DNA of 64,000 bases, from NCBI GenBank assembly GCA_963666205.1, contig OY762654.1, positions 448,001 through 512,000 of the forward strand, given 5' to 3'. The translations under genes and the position numbers were made by a program. The DNA is from Synergistales bacterium (GTDB lineage: Bacteria > Synergistota > Synergistia > Synergistales > JAFGMB01). The notes under the pieces are model-generated. The model saw only the letters and a list, made by a program, of their open reading frames with translations, was not told where the DNA came from and ran no database searches. How positions within the stretch are numbered: position 1 is the stretch's first letter; every line of letters begins with the position of its first letter. Below, one piece after another: positions 10,329 to 20,458 of this stretch.

Positions 10329-10564
10329 TCCTCGATATCTACATCCACCTTGTCATTTGCCTTTACTGCAGAAGATTTTGTAACAAGACGGATAGCGTTT
10401 ATGGTTGCACCCTTTTTGCCTATTATTCTTCCAATATCTTCAGGGGCAACTCTTATAGCTATTTTAACAATCCCGTCTTCCTCAACAGAATTTACTTCTA
10501 CTGCATCCGGCCTTGTAACAAGCCGTTCGACAATATACTGGACAAGCGCTCTGTAGTCAGGCAT
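10325..10564 (-). CDS. khpA: KH-domain RNA-binding protein KhpA
   Basis: DIGRIIGKKGATINAIR; between rpsP and rimM. Confidence 0.92.
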   Translation of the reverse strand: MPDYRALVQYIVERLVTRPDAVEVNSVEEDGIVKIAIRVAPEDIGRIIGKKGATINAIRLVTKSSAVKANDKVDVDIEE

Positions 10565-10566
10565 GA

Positions 10567-10842
10567 TTACTGAGCCTGCTTCTTATTTTCCTGAAATTTG
10601 TCCCAGACGCCAGTTCTAATAAGGAGCCCACGAGCCGTATCAGAGGGTAAAGCACCTTCCTTCAGCCAGTGCATTACCCTTTCTTCATCCACTTTTATAG
10701 AAGCTGGATCAGTCATTGGGTCGTAGGTACCAAGCATTTCAATAAAGCGTCCATCCCTCGGAGATCTGGAATCTGCAACTACGAGCCGATAGAAAGGACT
10801 TTTTTTGCGACCGTGTCTTGCAAGACGAATTCTTACTGCCAT
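10567..10842 (-). CDS. rpsP: 30S ribosomal protein S16
   Basis: MAVRIRLAR...[16 protein letters not shown]. Confidence 0.98.
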   Translation of the reverse strand: MAVRIRLARHGRKKSPFYRLVVADSRSPRDGRFIEMLGTYDPMTDPASIKVDEERVMHWLKEGALPSDTARGLLIRTGVWDKFQENKKQAQ

Positions 10843-10937
10843 AAAACAACACCTCCAGTGTAAATTATTTTCTTTATTAATAGGAATCTACCCTTTCCGG
10901 TAAAAGAACGGGTAGTATAACCACATAAATATTCGGA

Positions 10938-12272
10938 CTAGAAAAGATTACCAGGAAATTTAAAACCCTTGCGGTTCTTTGCTTTACCGATTTTTTTCCA
11001 CAGCTGATTCATCTGATCATGCTGTTTTAGCAGTTGGTTCACCAGTTGAACGCTGGTCCCGGAACCCTCTGCAATCCTTTTACGGCGGCTCCCCTTGATA
11101 ATCTGCGGATTCTTTCTTTCCTGATCAGTCATTGAAAGAATTATAGCTTTTGTCTGCTTAATTCTTTTGGGATCCAGCTCCGCATTCTTGAGACCTTTCA
11201 TTTTCCCAGCTCCAGGTATCATATCCAGAACCTTATCAAGTGGGCCCATCTTCTCTATCTGATCGAATTGAAGTAAAAGATCATTCATTGTAAGTCTCTG
11301 TTTTTTAAAACTTTTAGCAAGCTTGTCAACATCGTCCTGGTTTGCAATCTGCTGGACCTTTTCTGCAAGACCCGCTACATCGCCCATTCCAAGAATTCTC
11401 TGGGACATTCTTTTAGCATCAAAAGCTTCAAGGGCATCAATACCCTCGCCAACTCCAGCAAACTTGATAGCAATCCCCGTTGAAGCTTTAATGGCAAGAG
11501 CAGCTCCACCTCTGGCATCACCATCAAGTTTCGAAATAATAACACCTGTCAGTGTAAGCCTTTCATGAAAGCTCGATGCTACTTTAACAGCTTCCTGACC
11601 TGTCATTGAATCTACTACAAGAAGGATCTCATGGGGAGAGGTAATTTCCCGTATCATCTGCAGCTCTTCCATAAGTTCATCATCTATATGCAATCTACCA
11701 GCTGTATCAAGAAGGATCACGTCTATAAGGTTCTGAGTTGCATAGTCAAGGGAAGCCCTGACTACCGAAAGCGGATCAGATATACCCTCTGAAGGTCCAT
11801 AGAAATCAACTTTTGCCTGATCCGCAAGAATCCTCAGTTGCTCGACAGCAGCAGGTCTCCTGAGATCACATGCAACAACCAACGGCTTATGACCTCTTGA
11901 AAGTTTTTTTGCAAGCTTCACAGTACTGGTTGTTTTTCCACTTCCCTGTAAACCGACCATGAGGCATATCGTCGGAGGCTTGGGTGAAATTGTAAGGGGA
12001 ACAACATGGTCACCCATAAGAGAAATGAGTTGCTCATAAACTATTGCAATTACCTGCTGTGCAGGGGTAATGGACTCCAGGACTTCCTGTCCGATAGCTC
12101 TTTCCCTTACACTGCCTACAAAAGATTTCACAATCTTGTAATCCACATCAGCTTCCAACAGCGCTCTCCTTACTTCCCTGAGCGCTGCATTCACATCATC
12201 TTCTGTAAGTTTACCCTTTCCTCTAAGACCATCAAAAATAGAATCAAGTCTTTCTCGCAATGCATCAAACAT
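10938..12272 (-). CDS. ffh: Signal recognition particle protein Ffh
   Basis: GLQGSGKTT, DTAGR, DGDARGG and M domain. Confidence 0.98.
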   Translation of the reverse strand: MFDALRERLDSIFDGLRGKGKLTEDDVNAALREVRRALLEADVDYKIVKSFVGSVRERAIGQEVLESITPAQQVIAIVYEQLISLMGDHVVPLTISPKPPTICLMVGLQGSGKTTSTVKLAKKLSRGHKPLVVACDLRRPAAVEQLRILADQAKVDFYGPSEGISDPLSVVRASLDYATQNLIDVILLDTAGRLHIDDELMEELQMIREITSPHEILLVVDSMTGQEAVKVASSFHERLTLTGVIISKLDGDARGGAALAIKASTGIAIKFAGVGEGIDALEAFDAKRMSQRILGMGDVAGLAEKVQQIANQDDVDKLAKSFKKQRLTMNDLLLQFDQIEKMGPLDKVLDMIPGAGKMKGLKNAELDPKRIKQTKAIILSMTDQERKNPQIIKGSRRKRIAEGSGTSVQLVNQLLKQHDQMNQLWKKIGKAKNRKGFKFPGNLF

Positions 12273-12639
12273 GGAGGTCTCCTAAAGAATCAATGATTTG
12301 GTCTATCTGTAAAACAAAAGATTTCGGCAATTCCTGCTGCCAGGATCTAGTAACTTCTCTTATTCTTTCAAGGTATTCTTCGTATTGTTGTACTCTTTTT
12401 GAAAAAGAAAGGTCGTGCTCCAGATTTGTTAGTCTGTCTATAGCCCTTTGAAGGAGATCATGGGCAGCCTGCCTTGATATACCAGTTTTTTCTGCTATTT
12501 CTCCTAGAGAAAGATCCATTAATTCATGAAGTTCGAATACTTCTCTCTGCTTTTTTGTCAGAATTGGCGAATAAAGATCAAAGAGAACTGTCAGGTTGAT
12601 CCTTTTTTCAAGATAAGAACTGTTATTCAAAATCATCAC
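12265..12639 (-). CDS. ylxM: YlxM family HTH protein
   Basis: LFDLY..ILTKKQ...DLSLGEIAE..GISRQA; overlaps the ffh start. Confidence 0.9.
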   Translation of the reverse strand: MMILNNSSYLEKRINLTVLFDLYSPILTKKQREVFELHELMDLSLGEIAEKTGISRQAAHDLLQRAIDRLTNLEHDLSFSKRVQQYEEYLERIREVTRSWQQELPKSFVLQIDQIIDSLGDLHV

Positions 12640-12658
12640 CCCCGAAGCAGCAGAAAAG

Positions 12659-12704
12659 ATTATAAGTTCCGCTTAAGTGTCTGTCAAGTATTAGACCTTG
12701 ACAG
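12659..12704 (-). promoter_or_regulatory. Consensus promoter of the ylxM-ffh operon with an inverted repeat over the -35
   Basis: Minus strand TTGACA-17bp-TATAAT; CTGTCAAG-N8-CTTGACAG at 12681-12704. Confidence 0.8.
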
Positions 12705-12852
12705 AATGAAATTCCCTTTTTCGATAATTTCCATTCTTAAATTCTTCTACCCCCTGGCCTAAGTCTTTTGAACTATAGACAAATCTCATCTTGTTTGCAA
12801 TCATAGTCAACGTCCGTATAAGTAGAATACGGAAAAGGGAGATGAGAAATAA

Positions 12853-13518
12853 ATGGAAGAAAAAAAACTTTCACCCTTTCAGCCCGCAATAACTGAAAAG
12901 AATCGCCTTCTGGGTGAAACTGTCGTAAAAGCCCTTTCTGAGAACGGTTTCTACGCCAAATACGTCGGGTCCAGAGAAGAAGCTCTGAGGGAAGTTCTGG
13001 AGCTTATACCTGAAGGCGTTTCTGTAGGTATTCCTGGAAGTGTTACAATCAGGGAAATAGGAGCACTGGAGAAACTTCAGGAAAGAGGCAACAAAGTATT
13101 CCATCACTGGGATCCAAACCTTACTCCTGAATCAAAGAATCAGAGACTTACAGATGAAAATAATTCAGATTACATACTCACGAGTTCCAATGCTGTAACT
13201 CATGACGGGATGCTGGTCAATATTGACGGTGTAGGCAATAGGGTAAGTGCAATGGCTTGGGGAAATAACCCGATTATATATGTGGTTGGGATCAATAAAG
13301 TCACAAAAGATCTGCAATCTGCCATACAAAGGGTCCGTGATGAAGCCACACCACCCAATGCCCTGAGGCTTAGTATTGATACACCATGCTCAAAAACCGG
13401 ACATTGCATGGATTGCAGATCCACAAGCAGGGTCTGCAGAGCCCTCCTCATCCTTGAACGGGCAACAATGGGCAGAAAATCTCATGTAGTAATTGTCGGA
13501 GAAGATCTTGGATATTGA
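12853..13518 (+). CDS. LUD-domain (lactate utilization/YkgG-like) protein
   Basis: SSNAVT.DG.LVNIDG.GNRV motif and C-terminal PC..TG.C.DC. Confidence 0.85.
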   Translation: MEEKKLSPFQPAITEKNRLLGETVVKALSENGFYAKYVGSREEALREVLELIPEGVSVGIPGSVTIREIGALEKLQERGNKVFHHWDPNLTPESKNQRLTDENNSDYILTSSNAVTHDGMLVNIDGVGNRVSAMAWGNNPIIYVVGINKVTKDLQSAIQRVRDEATPPNALRLSIDTPCSKTGHCMDCRSTSRVCRALLILERATMGRKSHVVIVGEDLGY

Positions 13519-13630
13519 TCGACAATATCCTGTTCCATAGACTGCCCTTTGACTTACGATCAAACAGAATTACTGGTAGTAATATATTTTTGCTGAAAAA
13601 CAAGAGGGAGATCATACAGGAGGGAAACCT

Positions 13631-14623
13631 ATGCCCAAAAGAAACAAGATCGCTCTTGTGATTGCAGGTGGCCAGATAGGCATGAAATTCTCGGAAAAAC
13701 TGAACGGCCATACTCCTTCATTGAGCGGAGAGGAAATAATGTACTGGCTTCCTCAGGAATTATCTGAAAACCTGGAAATAGTTGACTGGAGCCATCAACC
13801 CAGCAGTCATTACACAATGAGAATGACAAGTGACCTTGTGCATATACTGAATAAACTTGTTCAGGAAGGTATAGCAGGCATTGTTGTCTTGTGTGGAACA
13901 GACACCCTTGAGGAAATGGCATACCTGACCGATCTACTGTGGGCATATCCTCAACCTGTTATTTTTACAGGAGCAGTTCTACCCCCTGATATGATCGGCT
14001 CAGATGCATCAATCAACATTACCCAGGCGATCATGGCAGCCCGCTCTGAAGCATGTTGGGGTTTAGGGGTAATGGCTTGTTTTCAAGACCAGCTTTTCGC
14101 CGCTTCTGAGGTCACACAGATAGCGAATCACAGAGGTTCCGCATTTGTAGCTCCAGATCGTGGTCCTGTAGCTGAAATTGTCGGTGAAGAAGTAACGATT
14201 CTAAGAGTTTACAAAAGGCCCAAAGTACTGGAAGGTGATTTTTCTCCTGCTCGAAACGTTGAGTTACTTTGGATAGCCCTTGGATCAAGCAGCAAAATAG
14301 TTGAAACCATGGCTACAGAAAAAGAAAAAAGCATTGACGGTCTTGTTCTGGCTGCATTCGGTAATGGTAATATCCCTCCCTCCTGGACCCCTCACATTAA
14401 AACGCTTGTTAAGGAAGGCATTCCTGTAGTTCTTACCTCTCGTTGTCTGTCGGGCCACGTTAGAAGGATGTTCAGTTTTGAGGGAAGTGTAAACAAACTG
14501 CTTGAAATGGGGGTTATGTCGGGTGGACATTTATCTCCAATCCATGCAAGACTTAAGCTTGCTGTAGCATTAGGGGCAGGCCTTAAAGAAAAGGTGCTTC
14601 AGAATTATATTATCGATAAATAG
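13631..14623 (+). CDS. Asparaginase-fold protein with altered catalytic motifs
   Basis: GTDTLEE, PVIFTGA, G.GN and VVLTSRC present; N-terminal TGGTI motif reads AGGQI. Confidence 0.85.
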   Translation: MPKRNKIALVIAGGQIGMKFSEKLNGHTPSLSGEEIMYWLPQELSENLEIVDWSHQPSSHYTMRMTSDLVHILNKLVQEGIAGIVVLCGTDTLEEMAYLTDLLWAYPQPVIFTGAVLPPDMIGSDASINITQAIMAARSEACWGLGVMACFQDQLFAASEVTQIANHRGSAFVAPDRGPVAEIVGEEVTILRVYKRPKVLEGDFSPARNVELLWIALGSSSKIVETMATEKEKSIDGLVLAAFGNGNIPPSWTPHIKTLVKEGIPVVLTSRCLSGHVRRMFSFEGSVNKLLEMGVMSGGHLSPIHARLKLAVALGAGLKEKVLQNYIIDK

Positions 14624-14682
14624 CCCGTTTGAAAAAGTTTCGTTAAAGGAGCGGATAATTTAACAAATCGTGATCTGCTCCT

Positions 14683-15441
14683 TTATTGTCCGGACATCAC
14701 AACTCCTGTTAACATTTTTAAAGCACTGACTGTAATAACAGCTGCCAGAATCCATCTCAGCCAGGTATTGCCCTTTGCTATGCTGAATCTGGCACCGAGA
14801 TAACCTCCAGCCATATTACCGAATGCGAGGATAAGACCTACCTGAAAGTCAACCATTCCCTTCGCAGTAAAAATTATCAGGCTGATCAATGTGTAAGAGG
14901 CAATGATACTAACTTTCAATGCATTGGCACTAAGCAGATCTTTACCAGCAAGACCAACAAGTCCCCAAAGCATGAAAAAACCTACTCCAGCCTGGATGAA
15001 TCCACCATACATACCTATAAAGAAAAAAGCAGTTGCAACCAATGGCACTGGAACTTTCTGTTCACGTTCTTTTTCCCACATATCAGGCTTTGCGATCAAC
15101 AGAATCGCCATTAAAAGAATTAACACTGAAATAATACTCTTGAGTATCCTTTCATCCAGGCTTACTGCAAGAAAAGTTCCGAATATGGAACCTATTGCTG
15201 CAGGGACTGAAAAAAAAGCAGCCTCCTTAAGGGAAAGAATTCCTTCTTTACTGAATTTTTTCATTGCTACCATATTCTGACAGATAATGGCAACTCTGTT
15301 CGTCGCATTAGCGGTATACATATCCATCCCACCCAGGGCAAGAACCGGCAAGACAAGCAAACTCCCTCCCCCTGCAGTGACATTGAGGAAACCTGCTATG
15401 AGTCCAGTTAACACAATAAGAACGTAATGGGAAAGATCCAT
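14683..15441 (-). CDS. TauE/SafE family sulfite exporter
   Basis: AGFLNVTAGGGSLL, ANATN and YGGFIQAGVG; multiple TM helices. Confidence 0.9.
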   Translation of the reverse strand: MDLSHYVLIVLTGLIAGFLNVTAGGGSLLVLPVLALGGMDMYTANATNRVAIICQNMVAMKKFSKEGILSLKEAAFFSVPAAIGSIFGTFLAVSLDERILKSIISVLILLMAILLIAKPDMWEKEREQKVPVPLVATAFFFIGMYGGFIQAGVGFFMLWGLVGLAGKDLLSANALKVSIIASYTLISLIIFTAKGMVDFQVGLILAFGNMAGGYLGARFSIAKGNTWLRWILAAVITVSALKMLTGVVMSGQ

Positions 15442-15576
15442 TTTTATCCCCCGATAGTAATATTTTTATTCAAGGATTGATCAACAGAGATTTTATCATA
15501 TTCTCTCCTGTTCACTTCATTGGGTTACCGTGGTACAATGAGAACATCCTGATCAATTTTAAAAGAAGGTGATCAT

Positions 15577-16005
15577 ATGAGATACGCCGCATCAGAAGAG
15601 GTTGTAGTAATCAGGCTTACTGAGGGTGACGATATCCATGATTCTATCTCTCAGGTCTGTACGGAGAATAATATCGACTCTGCTATGGTTGTCACAGGTC
15701 TGGGTATGGTCAGCCATATTACTTTCGGCTGGTTCACCGGTAATGAATATCTTACAGAGACACATGACAACACCTTCGAACTAATAGGCTTAAACGGAAA
15801 TATCAGCTATAAGGGAAACAAGCTCTATCCTCATCTCCACGGAATCTTCAGCAGGGAAGATCACTCTGTACTTGGGGGTCATATACTCAAGGCAACCGCT
15901 CATAACAATATAGAAATCTTTATAAAACCTATACAGACCATATTCCTGAACCGGGATTTTGACGGATGGTTTGACGCCCTGGCCCCGGAAAAAAGGAGTT
16001 CCTGA
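15577..16005 (+). CDS. PPC/DUF296 domain protein
   Basis: RL..GDD, ELIGLNGNI and HLH...GGH. Confidence 0.88.
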   Translation: MRYAASEEVVVIRLTEGDDIHDSISQVCTENNIDSAMVVTGLGMVSHITFGWFTGNEYLTETHDNTFELIGLNGNISYKGNKLYPHLHGIFSREDHSVLGGHILKATAHNNIEIFIKPIQTIFLNRDFDGWFDALAPEKRSS

Positions 16006-16040
16006 AAAAGAGCTTGAGCAGAATTTTCTACATATAAAAA

Positions 16041-16076
16041 CGTCATACCCGGAAATCTTTGTTTCCGGGTATGACG
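16041..16076. terminator. Hairpin terminator between convergent genes
   Basis: 15-bp perfect stem CGTCATACCCGGAAA/TTTCCGGGTATGACG. Confidence 0.8.
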
Positions 16077-16100
16077 ATTCGTTATGCAGAGGAATTATTA

Positions 16101-16589
16101 TCAGTCCTTTTTAATATCCAACTGTTCTCCTCCTGTAATTCTTTCGAGTTCCTGCGGAGATAGTGGGAAAAAGGCATGATCTGTTCCAGCAGCAGCCCAT
16201 ACTGTTTCATACATGAACAGATCTTCGTCAAGCAGAGCCTTGAGGTTTTCCGGGTAACCGACAGGAGGGACTCCACCCACTTTAAAACCAGAAAATTTAA
16301 AAACAAAATCAGGATCAGCCATTTTCACTTTGCGCACACCAAGAAACCTTCTGATCTTTTTTATGTTGACTCTGTTAGTTCCTGAGAGGAGAGCAAGGAT
16401 TGGTTCGTCATCGGCTATCAGGACAAGGCTTTTAAGAATATGTTCAGGGGGGGCCCCTACCGCCCTGGAAGCATCCTCAACCGTAAAGATGGTATCCGAT
16501 GTGGTCAGGATCTCTCCCTGGTAGCCATTATTTTCAAGAAAGATACGAACTTTTTCGATTGGATCAGGTTCTGTACTGGGAAACGTCAA
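16101..16589 (-). CDS. YbaK/EbsC family aminoacyl-tRNA deacylase
   Basis: ILKSLV, GFKVGGVPPVG and VWAAAG; TTG start after GGAGGTG. Confidence 0.9.
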   Translation of the reverse strand: MTFPSTEPDPIEKVRIFLENNGYQGEILTTSDTIFTVEDASRAVGAPPEHILKSLVLIADDEPILALLSGTNRVNIKKIRRFLGVRKVKMADPDFVFKFSGFKVGGVPPVGYPENLKALLDEDLFMYETVWAAAGTDHAFFPLSPQELERITGGEQLDIKKD

Positions 16590-16661
16590 CTCATACACCT
16601 CCACAAGATAGAGACAGGCCAAAAGGAGATCCATAAATTGATCCTGAGGATCTATCTATAT

Positions 16662-17531
16662 TTATTCTCCCCTTTGCTGCAGAAATTTAAGAAGAACATC
16701 CATGGCACTGGTTGAAATTGTTCCATGCATAATGTAAAAAGAACGACTTAGGGGCGGGTCAAAGGGAATTGCGACTATATCAGCATTACGGGGGATAGCC
16801 AGTTTGGACACTACACCCGCTTCAGCACCGTGTTCAACGGCATTAATCACTGCCATTACATGCCCAAATTTCAGATGAAGTTCAGCAAGATTTACAGACT
16901 TATCCGCAAGCTTTGCTTCCAGAACATTTCTGGTACCGGAGCCCGAGGTTCTGCCTACCAGGTTCAACCCATCCAGATCTCTGAGAGGAACTCGTTCTTC
17001 CATAGAAAGGCGATGCCCTTTTTTGACAATAAGGAATAATTCATCATTAAAAAAAGGATGAATTTCAAAACCGGCAAGGTGTTTTTCCTGTCCTACTATG
17101 GCGATATCCGACTCATGGTTAACCAGGTTTTCCACGGCTTTTTGAGAATCCGATATCATAACCTCTATTGAAACATTGGGATATATAGAATTGAAATCTA
17201 CCAGGATTTCAGGGAGAAGAAAATCTCCGGGAATTGAACTTGCGCTGATTGTTATATGCCCCGAGACTTCATCTGACGTTTCTGCTATTTCCCGTCTTAC
17301 ATCAGAAAGTGAGTTCTGAATCCTGGTTGCATATTTATATACTATTTCCCCTTCTGGCGTAAGAACAGAACATCGATGTCCCCTTTTAAAAAGTTTTACT
17401 CCCAGATCTTCCTCGAGTTTAGCAATATGCTTGCTTACTGCCGGTTGTGAAACTCCGAGAAAAGCCGCAGCACTGGATATACTTCCCTTTTCAAGTACAG
17501 CGACGAAACTTTCCAACTGTTTGAAGATCAT
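16662..17531 (-). CDS. LysR family transcriptional regulator
   Basis: N-terminal HTH (VSQPAVS...LEEDLGVKLF) plus substrate-binding domain. Confidence 0.92.
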   Translation of the reverse strand: MIFKQLESFVAVLEKGSISSAAAFLGVSQPAVSKHIAKLEEDLGVKLFKRGHRCSVLTPEGEIVYKYATRIQNSLSDVRREIAETSDEVSGHITISASSIPGDFLLPEILVDFNSIYPNVSIEVMISDSQKAVENLVNHESDIAIVGQEKHLAGFEIHPFFNDELFLIVKKGHRLSMEERVPLRDLDGLNLVGRTSGSGTRNVLEAKLADKSVNLAELHLKFGHVMAVINAVEHGAEAGVVSKLAIPRNADIVAIPFDPPLSRSFYIMHGTISTSAMDVLLKFLQQRGE

Positions 17532-17734
17532 TCATCCAACCTCCGATGGGAATATTTTTTCTCGTCTTTATTGCAATACAGAAACGATTTTACTACAGTT
17601 TACCTGTTTTACAGATCATTTATCCCCAAATCAAAGGATTTATTCTATTTCTGGACATTATAATTCGCAAGACTGCTTGTCAACAAAAGTTTATTGATAT
17701 ATATTTTAAGATATCAATTGAAGGAGGTCAGATA

Positions 17735-18103
17735 ATGAGCTTAGGTTTAAGGATCAAGACCTTGAGAAAAACATTGGGCTATACGCAACAAGCCCTAGCC
17801 GACATAACCGATGTAAGTAGGATTTACATCCAGGCCCTGGAAAGCAACAGACGCCTCCCTTCCATGAAACTACTGGCCAGACTTGCAGATGCCCTTGAAG
17901 TGGAAGTCAAAGATCTTGTCCAGGAAATGCCTTCTGACAGTGAAGGGAAACTTCATTTAGAAGAAGTCCTTGGTAACTCTGAGGAAATCGAAGTATGGTA
18001 CAGAAGTAAAAAGCTTTCTCAGAACGAATTGCAGTTCGTCCAGAGACTTATTGACGCTGCTCTTATCAAATGGGAGGCAGAAGAAAACGAAGATGGAGCT
18101 TAG
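17735..18103 (+). CDS. XRE family HTH transcriptional regulator
   Basis: LGLRIKTLRK...TQQALA....VSRIYIQALE; ATG after AAGGAGGT. Confidence 0.9.
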   Translation: MSLGLRIKTLRKTLGYTQQALADITDVSRIYIQALESNRRLPSMKLLARLADALEVEVKDLVQEMPSDSEGKLHLEEVLGNSEEIEVWYRSKKLSQNELQFVQRLIDAALIKWEAEENEDGA

Positions 18104-18515
18104 AGATACTGATAGCCTTCAGGATTTCGACTTTCCCCTACCCCCTTCTTCGATTCCTTTATGGGCAACGGAAGAAGCGTCTCAATGGCATAGGCTGGAC
18201 CAATTCGATATTCTTATTAAAGCAGAGAATATGTGTAATAGAAGGATAGATATCGAATATGTGTGCATGAGCTCCAGATTATGGGGAATACATGTAGCAA
18301 AAGGACCGAGAGCCCTAATATATCTGAACAGCCTTCTCCCCCTTATATGGCAGCGCTTTGCCCTATTTCATGAGCTTTACCATCTGATAAAACATAAGAA
18401 AGGGGAAGCATTCTGGATGAGGACAGCCACACCCATGAACAGTTTTGAATATCAGGCTGACCTTTTTGCATGGGCAGCGATCTGGCCTGAATGGACCGAA
18501 GGTGACCTCTCTTGA
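18093..18515 (+). CDS. ImmA/IrrE family metallo-endopeptidase
   Basis: QRFALFHELYH (HExxH) and EYQADLFA. Confidence 0.85.
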   Translation: MELRDTDSLQDFDFPLPPSSIPLWATEEASQWHRLDQFDILIKAENMCNRRIDIEYVCMSSRLWGIHVAKGPRALIYLNSLLPLIWQRFALFHELYHLIKHKKGEAFWMRTATPMNSFEYQADLFAWAAIWPEWTEGDLS

Positions 18516-19447
18516 AACGAATAGCTTTTTTTCTTTCCAACAGAAGCTGCCCTCACAGGTGTATATATTGTGACCAGAAGGCAATAACAGGTGAAATGCA
18601 CATCCCATCTCCCCTGGAAGTCACAGAGGTTTTGCAGAAATTCAGTGAACCAGTTGAGCTTTGCTTTTTTGGCGGTAGTTTCACCTGTTTTAAACTTGAG
18701 GATCAACGATCCTATCTTGATACAATTAAAAATGCTCCACAGGGAAGCAAAGTCAGATTTTCGACCCATCCTCTCTGCATTAATAAGGAAGTTCTTGACC
18801 TCCTGAATTATTACCCCATCTCCATGGTCGAACTGGGAGTATCAAGCCTGAATAATGAAGTTCTCACTTTCTGCAGGCGAGGCTATGATAATGAAAAGGT
18901 AATACATGCAATGAGAATGGTCATATCCAGAGGATTTGCTCTCGGTGCCCAATTGATGATAGGCCTACCCTTCCAGAACGAAGAAAGTTCACTTGAGGAT
19001 GTAGATAAGATATCAGAAATATCCGGCGAACATATAACAACCTTGAGGATATATCCCTGTCTGGTTCTCAGGAACACTTACCTTGAAGAGCTTTACATGA
19101 AGGGACTATACCGGCCACTGGAAATCGAAGAAGCAGCCGAATGGTCAGGGAAAATATTGTTCAGAGCCCTGAATAAAGATCTGAAAGTCCAAAGAATAGG
19201 ACTACAGGAAACTGAAAGTCTGAGCACATCTGTAATAGCAGGACCTCATCACCCTGCCCTTGGTGAAATGGCAAAATCACATTCCCTTGCTATAACTCTT
19301 ACATCTAGAATCAAACAAGGTCCATGGCAGATCGCCAGAAATCAGATCTCTCTAATTAAGGGACATGACTGCTATGGGCTCAAAATATTATCTTTAATGG
19401 CAGGGCTTGGAGAAGAACAGACTCTTCAACGGATAGAGTTTGTCTAG
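18512..19447 (+). CDS. Radical SAM protein (Elp3/YhcC-like)
   Basis: CPHRCIYC, FFGGSFT, QLMIGLP and AGPHHPA. Confidence 0.88.
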   Translation: MKRIAFFLSNRSCPHRCIYCDQKAITGEMHIPSPLEVTEVLQKFSEPVELCFFGGSFTCFKLEDQRSYLDTIKNAPQGSKVRFSTHPLCINKEVLDLLNYYPISMVELGVSSLNNEVLTFCRRGYDNEKVIHAMRMVISRGFALGAQLMIGLPFQNEESSLEDVDKISEISGEHITTLRIYPCLVLRNTYLEELYMKGLYRPLEIEEAAEWSGKILFRALNKDLKVQRIGLQETESLSTSVIAGPHHPALGEMAKSHSLAITLTSRIKQGPWQIARNQISLIKGHDCYGLKILSLMAGLGEEQTLQRIEFV

Positions 19448-19579
19448 ATTTTACTGTATTTCCTCCAATCCGTTTCTTACTTTCAGAAATCAGGGAAATA
19501 GTAAATCATTGACTACTAATGATACATGTTCTAAACTTGGGTGCAGTTACTTATTGCCTTGTTCAGGAGGTGTTTGTAT

Positions 19580-20446
19580 ATGGAAGGAACTGAACTTCAG
19601 GCCCTTTTGAGGGCAAAGATAGAGGGTATGCCAAACAAGGCCAGGAGAGTTGTTGAATATCTTCTTTCACACTCCCGGGAGGCGGCCTTTCTCTCCATCG
19701 GAGAAGTTGCAGAGAACCTTAAGGTATCCAAGGCCCAGTTGGTAAGAGTTGCCAGGATGCTTGGTTTTAAAGGATATGCAGATCTGAAAGATGCACTGAA
19801 ATCTGCAGTGCTGGAGCAGGTTAATCCGGCTGCTGGCCTTGCTAAAACGATGAAAGAAAATAAAGATCTTCCCGAAACCATATATCGCATGGAACATGCG
19901 AATCTGGATGATACATGGAAACAAATAACTCCTGACAAAGTCACAAGGTTCTGCAGCATGATAAAGAAAGCAACAAATATATACTGTGTAGGATGGGGTA
20001 TTTCTGCAATGGTAGCTGAGTCTCTTTACACCAGGTTGATGGAACTTGGGCTTAAGGGGATTCTTGTAAAAAGAGGATCTGTTGCACTAATTGAACAGGC
20101 AAGGGCAATGAAACAGAATGACCTCGTTATTGTTTGCGAACTGCCCAGCTATGTAATAGAAGTGACAGAATCCATCAGCAAAGCTCACGAGAATGGCGCA
20201 TCCATAATAACATTTACGGACAGCCCCGCTGCTCCGGTATGTCAATATGCAGAGCTATCAATGTATGTAAGTGATAAGAGTCCCACCTTCGGGAGCAGTA
20301 TCCTCGGCCCATTGTTCCTTATTCACATCCTGACTTCTATTCTCGCTATTGACATGGGAGAACAGGCAAAAGCAGCACTGAAAGACCAGGCTGAGGGGCT
20401 ACATGATGAACGTGTATACTACCCCTCTTATGACCTGCGTTACTGA
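19580..20446 (+). CDS. MurR/RpiR family transcriptional regulator
   Basis: HTH (VSKAQLVR..LGFKGY) plus SIS domain. Confidence 0.92.
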   Translation: MEGTELQALLRAKIEGMPNKARRVVEYLLSHSREAAFLSIGEVAENLKVSKAQLVRVARMLGFKGYADLKDALKSAVLEQVNPAAGLAKTMKENKDLPETIYRMEHANLDDTWKQITPDKVTRFCSMIKKATNIYCVGWGISAMVAESLYTRLMELGLKGILVKRGSVALIEQARAMKQNDLVIVCELPSYVIEVTESISKAHENGASIITFTDSPAAPVCQYAELSMYVSDKSPTFGSSILGPLFLIHILTSILAIDMGEQAKAALKDQAEGLHDERVYYPSYDLRY

Positions 20447-20458
20447 CCGTATAAGAAT

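Noticed and set aside
17735-18515. Possible prophage/ICE immunity region
   Set aside because: No integrase, att repeats, or phage or conjugation genes nearby.
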